From: Squalus acanthias
Lineage: Eukaryota
Reading direction: 5' to 3'
DNA length: 64,000 bases
Assembly: GCA_030390025.1 (NCBI GenBank)
Contig: CM059452.1
Span: forward strand, 8,556,001-8,620,000
Shown: positions 49,793 through 63,347 of the stretch, piece after piece
Layout: every line of letters begins with the position of its first letter
How positions within the stretch are numbered: position 1 is the stretch's first letter
Program-made: the position numbers and the translations under genes
The notes under the pieces: model-generated
The model's database searches: none
Seen by the model: the letters and a program-made list of their open reading frames with translations, nothing else
Told to the model about the DNA's origin: nothing

Positions 49793-51945
49793 ATGTGCTC
49801 CCCATGTTCTTTACTGATAATAATGGCCGCGCTGCCCGGTGCGTCTATATTTAAATGGTCAGTGTTTGTTCCAAGGGTTATATTTACTCCCAGACTTTTC
49901 ACACATTCTGTATTTTGTTACAGGAACGACTGGCGAAGATTCAGTGTTCCAGGATCCGCCAGAATTAACGGCTCAGGAAGGACAGACCATAATACTGAAC
50001 TGCAGTTACTCGGCAGCGTACACTGGATCAACTCTCTTCTGGTACATTCAGTATCCCGGGGAAGATCCGAGATATTTACTGAAGCGATATAGCTCGGTGT
50101 CGGGAGACAAGTCTCCAGATTTCCCAGACCGGTTCTCTGCTGACTTGGACCAAGACAAGAAACGGTTTGTGTCTTCACGGAGGAAGACACAAAAAACCTC
50201 CCAGAAATACGAGAAAACCAAGGGTGTGGCGAGAATGAGGAACTTAAAGAAATTACTATTTGTAAAAAAACAGTACTAGCAAAATTAATGGGACTAAAAG
50301 TCGATAAATCGCAAGCACCGGATGACCTACATCCTCGGGTTTTGAAAGAGGTGGCCATTGGAATAGTGCACGCATTGGTTGTCATCTTCCAAAATTCTAT
50401 AGATTCTGGAACGGTTCCTGCAGATTGGAGGACAGCAAATGTAACTCCGCTATTTAAGAAATGAGGGAGAGAGAAAACGGGGAACTACAGACCTGTTAGC
50501 CTCACATCAGTAGTTGGGAAAATGCTGGAATATATTATAAACGTTGCAATAACTGGACACTTAGAAACTAACAGTAAGATTGGGCAGAGTCAACATGGGT
50601 TTATGAAAGGGAAATCCTGTTTAACAAACCTATTGGAGTTTTTGAGAATGTAACTAGTGGAGTAGACAAAGGGGAAGCGGTAGATGTAGTGTATTTGGAT
50701 TTTCAGAAGGCCTTCGATAAGGTTCCACACAAGAGGTTGGTAAACAAAGTTAGGGCACATGGAATTGGGGGTAATGTACTAGCATGGATTGAGACTTGGT
50801 TAACAGACAGAAAACAAAGAGTAGGGATTTTTCAGGATGGCAGGCTGTGACTAGTGGGGTACCGCAAGGATCGGTGCTTGGGCCCCAGCTATTCAAAATC
50901 TATATCAATGATTTGGATGAGGGGACTAAATGTAACATTTCCAAATTTGCTGATGATACAAAGCTAGGTGGTAGTGTCAGTTGTGAAGAGGACATGAAGA
51001 GGCTTCAAGGGGATCTCGACAGGCTCAGTGAGTGGGCGAGAACATGGCAGATGGAATATAATGTGGATAAATGTTAAGTTATCCACTTTGTTAGAAAAAA
51101 CAGAAAGACAGAGTATTTCCTAAATGGTGAAAGATTGGGGAATGCAGATGCTCAAAGGGACCTGGGTGTCCTTGTACATGAGTCACTGAAAGTGAATGTG
51201 CAGGTGCAGCAAGCCATTAGGAAGGCAAATGGTATGCTGCCTTCATTACAAGAGGATTTGAGTACAGGAGTAAAGAAGTCTTACACCAATTATATAGGCC
51301 CTTGGTGAGACCACACCTGGAGCACTGTGTACAATTTTGGTCTCCTTACCTAAGGAAGGATATACTTGCCATAGAGGGAGTGCAACGAAGGTTCAAGAGA
51401 TGGATTCCTGGGATGGCGGGACTGTCGTATGAGAAGAGATTGAGTAAACTAGGCCTGTATTCTCTTGAATTCAGAAGAATGAGAGGGGATCTCATTGAAG
51501 CGCACAAAATTATTACAGGGCTTCATAGGGTGGATGCTGGGAGAATGTTTCCCTTGTCTGGGGAGTCTAGAACCAGGGGCCACAGCCTCAGGATAAAGGG
51601 TAGGCCATTCAGGACTGAGATGAGAAGAAATTTCTTCACACAGAGGGTGGTGAATCTTTGGAATTCTCTACCCCAGAGGGCGGTGGAGGCTCAGTCATTG
51701 GGTATATTCAAAACAGGAGTCGATACATTTCTGACTAGTAAAGGCATCAAGGGATATGGCGATAGGGCCGGTGAATGGAGTTGAGGCAGAAGATCAGCCA
51801 TGATCTCATTGAATGGCGGAGCAGGCTCGAAGGGCCGAATGGCCCACTCCGGCTCCTATTTCTTATGTTGTTATGTTCTTATGTTCCTTTAAATGTCTCC
51901 GGGGCGTTTGTCCCTGACTCTGCCGTGTATTTCTGTGCGCTGAAC
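49793..51945 (+). pseudogene. TCR V split by a CR1 insertion (leader 49793-49838, V 49924-50167 + 51886-51945)
   Basis: MCSPCSLLIIMAALP|gtgcgt; EDSVFQDP..LNC..FWYIQ..DQDKKR [LINE] PLNVSGAFVPDSAVYFCALN; heptamer mutated CCCACTG-23-ACAAAAACC. Confidence 0.9.
50168..51885 (+). mobile_element. CR1 LINE, 5' truncated, degenerate RT
   Basis: [31 protein letters not shown]; (ttcttatg)n tail. Confidence 0.92.
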
Positions 51946-52734
51946 CCCACTGTTACAGGGGCGCAGTCCGTCCGTACAAAAACCAGCAAAGGACTATCAC
52001 CTCCTCTCACTGAATCAGATCTGGGACCTGGATTATGATAAACCATAAAAATAAAAAGGTAAATCAATATAATTAGATGTATGGATATCTAAGTAGACAG
52101 ACAGACAGAGAGATAAATACAGTCTCCCTATCCTCACTTTCTCTCTCAATGAACCCTTCTTCCTTTGTCTGAAAGTATCAGCCCACGCAGACAAAATCCA
52201 GCCCGTGTGGATTCCGCCAGCAGGTTCTGCGAATGTAAAACGCGGTGTGTTTCACGGCTCAGTGACGGGTTTGTTCTCGTTAGTTTGGGAGCTGAATGTT
52301 GAGATAGTTGGAAACTGGCGCTTCAGTCAACCCGAGTTACCGACTACAGTGAAGACAAGAGGTAAAACAGATGGTGAAGAGTATAAAAAGATTAACTCGG
52401 AATAGAATTTAACTTAAGCTTCGGAAGTAGAACTTGGGGACACGGGTTCAAAGGTCAATTTAGGTCTGATAGCAGGAAATTCTTCAGACACAGAGCGCTA
52501 AATGTGTGGAATCAGCTTCTAGATGGAACAACGGAGGGATAAACCTGGATATTGCAACGGGGCAGGGGAAAGGGATGTGGTGTTAGTATCTCGCTGGATG
52601 GGTAAAAGTGGCAGAATTCCTTCGCCCATGCGGAATTATCCTGTAATTTTATGAACTGTACGAAGGCAGGTCTTGGAATCAGACATTTAGTTGCCACCAG
52701 AGGGCAGTGGCAGGATGTGTTTTTTAAATTATTT

Positions 52735-52995
52735 TATGGGATGTAGGTCTGGAGTCACTTACAGGTCAGACCTGGTAAGGACGGCAGATTTCCCTTCCCT
52801 AAAGGACATTAGTGAACCAAATGGGTTTTTACGACAATCCAGTAGTTTCTTGGTCACCATTACTGATACTAGATTTATTTAATGAACTGAATTTAAATTC
52901 CCCTGCTGCCGGGTGGTGGGATTCTGAACTCACGTCTGTGGATTATCAGTCCTGGATTATTAGTCCAGTAACAGAACCACGATGCTACCGTTCCC
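52735..52995 (-). mobile_element. SINE-like interspersed repeat
   Basis: Resembles an abundant shark short repeat (ggtaaggacggcagatttcc..aaaggacattagtgaacc); recognised from memory only. Confidence 0.45.
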
Positions 52996-53554
52996 GTAAG
53001 TGTTCACTGTTGGTTTCAGTGTATGGGGCGAGTTACAAACTGAGACCATTATTCAATGACTTTATTGAAGAAACGGAGTAAAAAAATAGTTCTGGAAATA
53101 GAAGTATTAATCTCAAACGGAAGCTGTGCTTTATTCTCAATGCTTTATGAAGTATTAAAATACTGTTAATGAAAATATGCTGCATATATTTTTTAATAAG
53201 CATCTCTTCCCAGTATCACTGAGGCCATTGGCTGTTCGCGCCCTCCCATTCAAACCTGTCACTCTCTCCCCATTTCATTCATGTAAAAGGGGGCGTCTGT
53301 CTCATTTACCGCATCGTTGTGTTTAAATCCCTCCGGGACCTCTGCAGCCGCCTTTATAACGGCTGTGGGTGTTTCTAATGATCAGTGAACAGCTCTTTGA
53401 ATGGGAGCCTCCGGCTCTGACAACAGAACAACATTAACTGTTACCCTTCACTGCGTCCACCTCCCAAATTGACCCTGTTAATGGGCCAACATTGGGTTCA
53501 ATTCCGGTCCCGTTCTATGTTGCGAGGAGGAGAATTTCACCCCGTTCTCCGCTC

Positions 53555-53775
53555 CCCGCTCTGACGTCATGAATTGGAGAACAAAGGAGCTGTGAGCTGA
53601 TTGGATGAATTGGAGAACAAAGGAGCTGTGAGCTGATTGGATGAATTGGAGAACAAACGAGCTGTGAGCTGATTGGAGAATAAAGGAGCTGTGAGTTGAT
53701 TGGATGAATTGGAGAACAAAGGAGCTGTGACTGATTTGATGCCATCTGCTGCCTCTGTCAGGAATGAACCAATCG
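53555..53775 (+). promoter_or_regulatory. V promoter with CRE and tandem ~36-bp CCAAT-containing repeats
   Basis: tgacgtca followed by repeated ctgattggatgaattggagaacaaaggagctgtgag; inverted paralog at ~62805-62960. Confidence 0.55.
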
Positions 53776-53876
53776 CCCGAGAGGCCGGTTATTACTCAAC
53801 ATCTTCACAGCTCTTGACTGAAGCAATTTCAGGTTCAACCCGTTTTATTCAAATCCGTCAGCAACTCGCTGCAAAC

Positions 53877-53928
53877 ATGTTGGCTGCTACTTTTTATTCA
53901 TTCGTCACAGCTGCAGCTCTCTTAACTG
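53877..53928 (+). pseudogene. Orphan TCR V leader exon
   Basis: MLAATFYSFVTAAALLT|gtaagt; paralog of the leader at 62617-62668; no own V exon downstream. Confidence 0.7.
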
Positions 53929-55876
53929 GTAAGTTTGCAAGTTACACAACATTGTATTTCACATCTGTATCATACATTATATTTAATCGGTCACAAGAAT
54001 ATCTATAGTTTGATCCAAAGTGAAGAAAACCATCTGGAACATCCTTGAACATTGAACACTCTTTGGGGGAAACTAGATAAACACAACTGAGCCACGGCTG
54101 ACAGCTAGTACTTGTAGATTAGAGCTTAAACTGTTTATTTTAATACATATTTATCTTTGTTAATAATAAATATGTAATGTGTACGTACAAAATGCAGGCA
54201 GGTGAGTGAGAGGCCTTTATAGAAGTAACGAGGCTGATGACTGGCAAACAGATGGACAGCGGCCTGTCTGGGTCACTTGTTCTCCCTGAGTAGGAGGACC
54301 AGTTTGTATCAGGGTTACTGGGCACCGGGAAATGAAGGAGGAAAAACATGCTATCTGTCTGAAGTCTGTGTAAATGATCACGGGCATCCGGCCCCAGTTG
54401 AACTGAAAGGAAATGAAAGTCAGTTGTTGTGAATGCGGGTTGTGGGTTGTTATTGTTTATTGTGCAGATTAGAAAGGGTCAAATCCGCAAGCGGAAGCCG
54501 TGAATTTCCAAGCTCCAATTCATCTGATTAATGTTTCTGTCCCTGTAAGTGTTGAGGTACAAGGCTCGACATTCACCATCAGCGTCAACGCAACACATCG
54601 CCCCATAAATAGGCTCTGGAACCTCCCCATAGACACACTTATTGTCTGTTTTCAGCCAGTGTCCGATCAGTGTAAAAGTTCTCATTTTATCCGCCAGAGG
54701 GCGCAGTGGTTCCATGTTTCTCGCTGCTTCCTCGGGACTCGGTTCCATGTTCTTCCAGATTTCTGTAACTCCATCAACATTTAAAACCTGCTTACAGCTG
54801 TGTTTGTGTTCGTGGGGTTCAGCAAAGTTCACCCCTACTTTTTGGGCAGCTATTCAACGTCACAATCTCTCCCTACCACGCTTATAAATTATTTCCTAAG
54901 ACTGGAAATCTTACAACAACTGCGGGTGTAGTTTTTAACAGTTTCGTAAAGCTCCCGTTTGATAAAAAAATATCTAATATATTAAAAATACGCAATTTGG
55001 GCACACTCGTAGAGACAGGACAGTAACCTGAATGAGGAATTTCTCCCGTGTCAATAACCACCATTTCCCTTCCCATGTGATTAATTTCAACACAGTGGTT
55101 TAACGCCTCCTGTTAGTTTCAGGCAGACATTAATCTAACGGGTCAGCAAATATTTGGGAAAGGGGCTCATATTGCCCTCCGAGAAATTGCGAACGCCATC
55201 ACAGAATAGCGGTAATCTCGGTGACAAAATATCGGTTTGAATGTAGATGAAGATATCAGTTTATTTCACTCACTGTCAGTAATCAGACCGAGGTGGTTGA
55301 CGGGGAGTCGGGTTTGAATAACCTTCTCCTGGAGGCACACAAGGGGAAGATTTTCTCTGGTCTCTCAGTGGAAATCTCCTCTGATAGTTGCTTTAGCGAA
55401 ATCGTAAATGCGTTCACAGTTTGGGTAGAAATAGCGAGCAGAGGAAATCTTCCGCACAAAGCAGACAGTTCAGTGGAAACACGAATGTTACAGGAGAATG
55501 AACCTAATGCTCTCGGTGAGCCGTCACACATCGACAGAAATTAAACAAACACTCAGTGTGACCGATTCGCGCCTAGTAAATAAATCCCCAAACGTCAGCA
55601 AAGCTGAAGCTTTCTTCACACCACAGATTCGGCTCACTGAGTGACTGATTCCAACCTCAGATAGTTTAAACTGTGGCTCAAAGGCCTTCAGGTGACCCAT
55701 GGCCCTCATTTGAATCTCAACTGAATATATCGGCGGGTGGATTGGAGATTGCGTCATTGGAGGGAAACAATGAGACCAGGAAGTGACGTTGAACCAATAG
55801 AAGCCTCTGAAGGGGCTTAATCCGGTTCAAGATTGGGCTTTTCACCGGACCGACAGGTTCGGGCTCGGCAGCGGCC

Positions 55877-56331
55877 ATGCGGCTATTCAGCGCCTGGGTT
55901 GTGTTTATGGTGTTTATTGTCGGTAAGGATGAATCCAATCTTGTCGTTTTCAAACTAATGTGTTAATATTATTTCAGCTTTTAATACTCGGTCTTATCTT
56001 GTTCCTGAACATATGTTACAGATCAAAGTGATGGAGATTCTGTTACTCAGTCCCAGACTTCAGTCAGCAGGAGAGAAGGTGAAGCGGTGACTATAAGATG
56101 TACCTACAATACCACAGCGAGCAGCTATTATTTATATTGGTACCGGCACCAACCAGAGAAGGAGCCCCAGTTTGTAATAGGAAGACGGTCTTGGGATACA
56201 CAGGAAGAGAAAGGAGAAGGTTTCGGAATCCGTTTCTCTGCTCAGCTCCAGACCGCGACTAAATTCACCAGTTTAACCATTTTCGGGCTGCAGCTGACTG
56301 ACGCTGCCGTGTATTACTGCGCCCTGAGACT
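55877..56331 (+). CDS. TCR alpha/delta V segment, apparently functional (leader 55877-55922, V exon 56022-56331)
   Basis: MRLFSAWVVFMVFIV|gtaagg; GDSVTQS..IRC..YWYRH..DAAVYYCALR; RSS CACAGTG-22-ACAAAAACT at 56332-56369. Confidence 0.92.
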
Positions 56332-57994
56332 CACAGTGATGGAAAGCAGTATCACCCTGTACAAAAACTGCCATTGGACTGTAGGGCGGAGCTCCTGTCT
56401 GTTGGGGTTGTGTGGAATCGCGGGCAGATGCAGCCACAATGTGCAGCGCGCTGTCAGGCGCTCAAACACACACCGAGAGGAAACCAAATTAACCTCGGAT
56501 CAAACTGTCACCCAACTGTTTCCAGGAGCGGCCGAGAAACAAACTGCAGAATCCAATCGGCCCGAAAGATCGATCACAGAATGAACCGACCGGTTAAACT
56601 GTCCTTTCTGCTTCTGATCAGCTGTTTTCCCTTAAAGTCATGGATCGATGTTCAGATCAGCTCCGAGAAAGAGGTTGCTGACAGCGCCAGGAACTTCCTG
56701 CTGGTCGCTCCGTTTATTGGACAGGATCTAGTCCCTATATTTGGCCTGTGTTTGTGATTTTATTTCTACCCGTTACATTAACCCGCGGATATTTAATGTC
56801 GTGCAGCCAACTGATTTAAAAAAAACATTCCCATCAAAGCCCAACCAGTTATTATCTGGAGCCTTTCCACGGTGGAGGCGGGCATGGCCTGGGAGCGGGA
56901 GATTCATATCTTCCCCCATCTGGGGGGCGGGGGGGTGAGCGGCGGTGTGGGAGGGAATAAGAGATAAATCGGGCGCTTGGAGCAATGAATCTGTATACGT
57001 CATGATATATGTATATAAAATCGAACCGCCTTTCTACGTGTTTGTTCTGAATTCTCCTTTTCTCTTTTAGCTCCCGCAGTCTCACTCACGGAGATTCTTT
57101 CCTGAGGAGCGCCCGGCCTCAGTTTTGAAAATGAAACCCAGCTGAAGGATGAGCGGTGCTCACTGGGCGAGTGCCGGCCGCTACCGCCCCCGTCCTGGAA
57201 TCGACCGTGTCCCCCCGACCCGCCGCAGCTGGCATCTAGGACCAGGAGGAAGCAATTCAGCCCCTCGGGCCAGTTCCGCTAGTCAATCAGATCAAAGTTA
57301 TTCTCCACCTCAACTCAGTCTACTCGCTTAAGTTAAGATTCCTCGATATCCTTACATAGGAATATGAGGAGGTAATTCAACCCCTTGAGCCTGTTCCGCT
57401 ATTTAATTGCACCAAACTGATCTGTACCTCAACCCCATTTACCCGCCTTTGCTCCATATCCCTCGGTACCCTTACCCAATAAAACTCTATCTCTCTCAGC
57501 CTTGGAAGCTCCAATTGTCCCCCAGCATCCACAGTCATTTGCGTTTGAAAATTCCAGATTTCCGCTATCATTTGTGTACAAAGAATGTGGGCCTTGTCAA
57601 CAAGCCTGGTGGGAGAAGAAAACAAAATGTTATCAAAGCTTAACTTCGCTTCTGTATTTTTGGTTTAATTTTATGTTCTCTTGAATGCAACACGAGAGTA
57701 GGCACCCTGCAGCCTGGGTATTTGGTGGCACTGATTTGTCGCCGTTGTATCTGTACCTCCATGGAGACTGAGCGAAAAAATTGCAGGTAGCTCGATATAA
57801 ATTGAAGAGGAAACCAAGTGCCTCCCTCTTAAGTCCTACCTGTCAGCCACCTTCCTCGGCGCGGGTCATTTAATTTGCCTTTTCTCCCAAATCTCCAGCT
57901 CCACTTGGTGAGATGCCTCATGGGAAGAATTTGCACTCAGCAGTTCGCCCGCCATCTAGCGGTCTCCTCTGGCTATTTCATCCACAAGTCTTTG

Positions 57995-58635
57995 AAGGTG
58001 AAGAGGCTGTTAAAACAAACATGGCATTCTGGGCTTTATAAATAGAGGCATAGAGTACAATAGCAACGAAGTTATACTCAAACTTTATAAATCATTGCTT
58101 AGGCCTCAGCTGGAGTATTGTGTCCAATTCTGTGCACCACACTTTAGGAAGGATGTCAAGGCATTGGAGAGGGAGCAGAGGAAATTTACGAGAACGGTGC
58201 CAGGGATGATAGACTTCAGTCACGTGGAGAGACTGGAGAAACAGGGTTTGTTCTCATTAGAGCAGAGAAAGTTGAAAGGAGATTTAATAGGTTTTCAAAA
58301 TTATGAGCAGTTTTGACAGAGTAGATAGGGAGAAACTTTTTCCACTGATACGGGGGTCGGTAACTGGAGGACACAGATTTAAGAAAATTGGCAAATAAAG
58401 GGGAGAAGAGGAGAAATTTGTTTACGCAGTGAGTTGTTACGATCTGTAATGCACTGCCTGAAAGAGTGATCGGAGCACATTCAATAGCAACATGCAAAAG
58501 GGAATTGGATATGTACTTGAAATGGAACAAATTGCAGGGCTATGGGTAAGAAAAACGGGGAATTGCACTAATTGGATAGCTGGCACAGGTACCATTGCCG
58601 AATGGCCTCCTTCTGTGCTGTATGATTCAATGATT
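57995..58635 (+). mobile_element. CR1 LINE 3' fragment
   Basis: RPQLEYCVQF..LFSLEQRKLKGDL; tatgattcaatgatt tail. Confidence 0.8.
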
Positions 58636-58755
58636 CAGCCCACAGGAATTGCACTCTGTGTTGCAGCTCTCTCTGACCGCACTGAAACTCATCCTCCACC
58701 AAAACAGACCGCAGGCAGCTTTTGTACGAGAGGAGAACTAGGTTATATCACTGTG

Positions 58756-59222
58756 TCGAAGCGATGGGGCGAATCCACAGATGTACAGCGCTGTGTCACT
58801 ATGCTGGAGATCAGTGACGGTTAAAATAGTCAATTTTGAGGATGTGTTTAATTCAGAAGTGAAGCGATTCCCAATATTTTTTGCTTTTCCCTGACTGTTG
58901 CTGGCACTTCTCCACACGATCATTTCCGGGGGTGCATCGGGATACTTTCGGTACCAGTACAGGTCGTACCAGCCCGCTGTTGTCGAATAGCTACATTGCG
59001 TTCTGAAAGTCTGTCCCATTTTCCGGACTACAGCCGACCAATCCTGAGACACAGAATCTCCCTGACTCAGATCTGGTGGAAAGATTGAAAGTATTGATTA
59101 GAGTTTAATTGTGGGTTTAATAAGAACCCGTGCTTGACAAATGTTTGTACTATAACATCCTTTAAAAACTTACCAAATGTTAAACAGGTGAGTGTACTCA
59201 AAAGGGTGAATTTGAAATGCAT
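58756..59222 (-). CDS. TCR alpha/delta V segment (leader 59174-59222, V exon 58756-59072)
   Basis: MHFKFTLLSTLTCLTF|gtaagt; GDSVSQ..TQC..YWYRK..DTALYICGFAPSLR; RSS CACAGTG-23-ACAAAAGCT. Confidence 0.88.
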
Positions 59223-60685
59223 GATCTCCGACAATCCCCGCCAGTGTGGGCCTCTCCGGGTCGGGCTGATTTCCAATACTTTCTCCTTTGCTGGGAAGCT
59301 GATCCAGTCTTTGCACTGAGCAGCTCGCGGCAATATTCTTCAATGACAACTCACGTGCTGCAGGTTAAGCCAATTGGGACCGTTTGCTAATAGTCCTTGA
59401 GATGATTGGACATATGAGAGAGTGACCCAATGTGGTTGGATGAACAGAAGTGGAATGTTAATTCATTGTCGGGCTGCAGGTATCGCTGGCGATTATTGCC
59501 CCTCCCCAGTTGTCCAAGATGGTGACTCCAGTCCCATACCGATGTGACTGACTCTTAACTGCTTTGTGAAGGGTTCCAGGAAGCTTGTAAAAGGGCAACT
59601 TGAGACGAAAAATAAATGCCAGCCTTGCCAGAGACAGACATCACCTCACACTGATCATTGTATCTGCTCCCCTTCCTTCACCGTCTGTGGTGGTTCAATA
59701 AAGTTATATAAAATTCTCTGTGTAATCATCTTGCTTTTTCAACAAATATTGTGCCAATTTGCTGACTTGACGGGTCCTCTGTGTTCCTGATCTTCACACC
59801 AGCAGTTTGATTTTCACAATACTTCTTTTCCATTGCAGGAAGTCCCGGCAGCCAACTGGTTGGCCATATTCAATTGACTAACTTCAATGATTTGATGCAG
59901 CAAACAAAGGCGCTGCCCGAATGGAGGGCTGGGCCTTCACTGAAGATAAAGGCTGGGGTCCTGCCGCCCCCTGGTGGGTGACCCAAACATTGCACGCGGT
60001 GCTCCGGGACCGACTCTTCACAAGAAAACACCTGATAAAAATAAGAAAGGTAACTTCGCCGTATCCTGGCAATTACAGCTTAAAAAGGAAATAAATTGTG
60101 CTTGTTAGAAAAGGTGATGCTAGTAACACCAATAAAACAAGTTTCAAAATTTAAATGAAACCAAATAACCATGATGGGTGGTTTATTAACAGACAAATCA
60201 GTCTAATTGTGTAACTCAATTGTTGCTTGACCACACACCAGAACACACTGGATAAGGCTTTATTTAATGACAATGTTTTTGATGCAAATTCCTGCGCACA
60301 ATCAGCGCGTTCCCTCGATGTTATCGACCTGCCGCTGGGTTTGCCTGGTGTGTACAGCTCCTTGAACGGCTGGAACACAATGTCCAATTGTTTTGGCAGT
60401 GTTTCTGCCGCAATATCTTTAATTTATGAACTGGTATAAATTCTCTAAACACATCTTTTCAGTTTGTTCAGGATATATTCAACCCAGAAGCACCAGAGGA
60501 AATATTCCCCAATGCATATTTGTTGCTCTCGGTTTGCTGTTTATTTGGGTGTGTTTTAAATCAGCACCTTCTGGTGACAAGTTTAGAAAGTCCCCGTTTC
60601 TCCCCACACTGACCACTATCCCGCTGACCTTGTCATGTTCCGGTAGTGTGTTTGTACGAGGCTCCCTCTGGTTCCTGTCACTGTG

Positions 60686-62668
60686 TCTCTCAGCCCGCAG
60701 TGATCCACCGCGCTGTCAGACAGCCGCAGGCCGCCGATGGTAAAATTCCCCTCACTTTTCGAAGTGTTGAGAGATGCTGAAAATCGAGCCCCCAAATTCG
60801 CTGCTTTGGAAACATCCCCACCAGAAAAGATGTAGATCAAGAATGTGGGGCCTTTGTGGCGGTCCTGACGGTACAGTTGTAAGGAACAGAAATAAGCAGT
60901 GGTAGAGTAGCTGTAATTAATGGTCACCGAGTCTCCTTGAAACTGCATCGCTGTAACCGGCCCCTGGGAGACCGAATCTGCACGACTAACACCTGCAGAA
61001 ATTTAGAAATACAGAACTGTAAGCTCTTACTGTAATTTTATTATAACTAATATCATAAAGGTGAAGAATACGTGTTTTATTCGTTTGTGGGATGTGGGCG
61101 TCTCTGGCAAGGACAGCATTTATTGCCCATCCCTAGTTGCCCTTGAGAAGGTGATGCTGAGCCGCCTGCTTGAACCGTTGCAGTCCGTGTGGTGAAGGTA
61201 CTCCCACAGTGCTGTTGGGTAGGGATTTCCAGGATTTTGAACCAGCGACGATGAAGGATCGGCGATATGCTTCCAATTCAGGATGGTGTGTGACTTGGAG
61301 GGCAACTTGGAGATGATGGTGTTCCCAGGCGCCTGCTGCCCTCGTCCTTCTAGGTGGAAGTGGTCGCGGGTTTGGAGGTGCTACCGAGGAATCCTTGGCG
61401 AGTTGCTGCAGTGCATCTTGTAGATGGCACACACTGCAGCCACGGTACGCCGGTGGTGGAGGGAATGAATGTTTAAGGTGATGGATGGGGTGCCAATCAA
61501 GCGGGCTGCTTTGTCCTGGATGATGTCGAGCTTCTTGAGTGTTGTTGGAGCTGCAATCATCCAGGCAAGTGAAGAGTGTTCCATCAAATTCCTTACTTGT
61601 GCCTTGTAGGTGGTGGAAAGGCTTTGGGGAGTCAGCAGGTGAGACACTCGCCGCAGAATACCTAGCCTCTGACCTGTTCTTGTTGCCACAGTATTTATGT
61701 GGCTAGTCCAGTTAAGTTTCTGGTTAATGGTGACCCCCAGGATGTTGATAGTGGGGGATTCGGCGATGGTAATGCCATCGAATGTCAAGGGGCGGTGGTT
61801 AGACTCTCGCTTGTTGAAGATAGCCATTGCCTGGCACTTCTGTGGCGCGATGTTACCTGCCACTTATCAGCCTAAGGCTGAACGTCATTCAGGTCTTATT
61901 GCATGCGGGCATGGGCTGCTTCATTATCTGAGGAGTTGTGAATGGCGCTGAACAGTATGCAGTCATCAGCGAACATCCCCATTTCTGGCTTTATGTTGGA
62001 GGGAAGGTCATTGATGAAGCAGCTGAAGATGGTTGGGCCGATGCACTGCCCTGAGGAACTCCTGCAGCGGTGTCCTGGGGCTGTGAAATTGACCTTCAAC
62101 CACCACAACCACCTTCCTTTGTGCTAGGTATGACTCCATCCAGTGGAGTTTTTTTCCCCTGATTCCCATTGACTTCAGTTTTACTAGGACTCCTTGATGC
62201 CAGACTCGGTCAAATGCTGCCTTGATGTCTAGGGCAGTCACTTTACCTCAACTCTGGAATTTAGCTCCTTTGTCCATGTTTGGACCAAGGCTGTAATGAG
62301 GTCGGGAGCCGAGTGGTCTTGTCGGAACTCAAACTGGGCATCAGTGAGCAGGTTATTGGTGTGTGAGGGCCATTTGATAGTACTGTCCATGACACCTTCC
62401 ATCACTTTTCTGATGATTGAGAGTAGACTGATGGGACGGTAATTGGCCGTGTTGGATCTGTCCTGTTTTTTCTGGACAGGACATACCTGGGCAGTTTTCC
62501 ACATTGTCCACATGCCAGTGTTGTAGCTGTACTGGAAATAGTAAACACAGTAAAATGGAAGGTACTTTATGTTCGTGACACCTGCAAGAGGAAGATTGTG
62601 TAAAGTGTAAACTTACCATTTAAGAGAGCTGCATTTGTGACGAATGAATAAACTGAAAGAAACAACAT
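60686..62668 (-). pseudogene. TCR V, probably non-functional (leader 62617-62668, V exon 60686-60992, LINE in intron)
   Basis: First Cys>Tyr, Trp>Leu, YYC>DHC; RSS CACAGTG-23-ACAAACACA. Confidence 0.8.
61075..62540 (-). mobile_element. Degenerate CR1/L2-group LINE RT fragment
   Basis: YRPISLLS, LDIKAAFDRVWH, MFADD, LGVTINQKLNWTSHI in shifting frames. Confidence 0.85.
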
Positions 62669-63347
62669 GTTTGCAGAGAGTTGATGGCGGATTTGAACAG
62701 AACGGGTTGAACCTGTGATTGTTTTAGTCAAGAGTTGGGAAGATGTGCGTAATTTCCGGTCTTTCTGCCGCTTGACCCGTCCCTGTCAGAGTCGACACGT
62801 GACATCTAATCAGCTCACGTGTCCTTTGTTCTCCAAATCAACCAAACAGCTCACGTGTCCTTTGTTCTCCAAATTAACCAATCAACTCAGGTGTCCTTTG
62901 TTCTCCAATTCATCCAATCAGGTCAACGGTCCTTTTTTCTCCAGTTCATGACGTCAGAGCGGGAAGCGGAGAACGAGGTGAAATTGTTCTCCTCATAACA
63001 GAGAATTAGACGGGTATTAAACCCAATGTTGGCCCATTAACAGGTCAATCTCTGAGGTGTGGGCAGTGAAGCAAAATAGTTCAGATTGTTCAGTGCGAAA
63101 GCGTCCAATTAAAAGAGTTGCTGACTGAGCATGTGAACTACTCACTGCCGAAATAAAGGGGGATATTACGTTGAATGACATAGTGTCTGCAGCTAAGACA
63201 CAGGTCATTCGGCAAAACTGGTCTTTATAGTTTGGTTCCCGTTCTATTATCATATCACAATCCAGGTCCCAAATCTGATTCATTGAGAGGGGATCGGAGT
63301 CCTTTGCTGGTTTTTGTACGGACTGACTGCGCCCCTGTAACAGTGTG

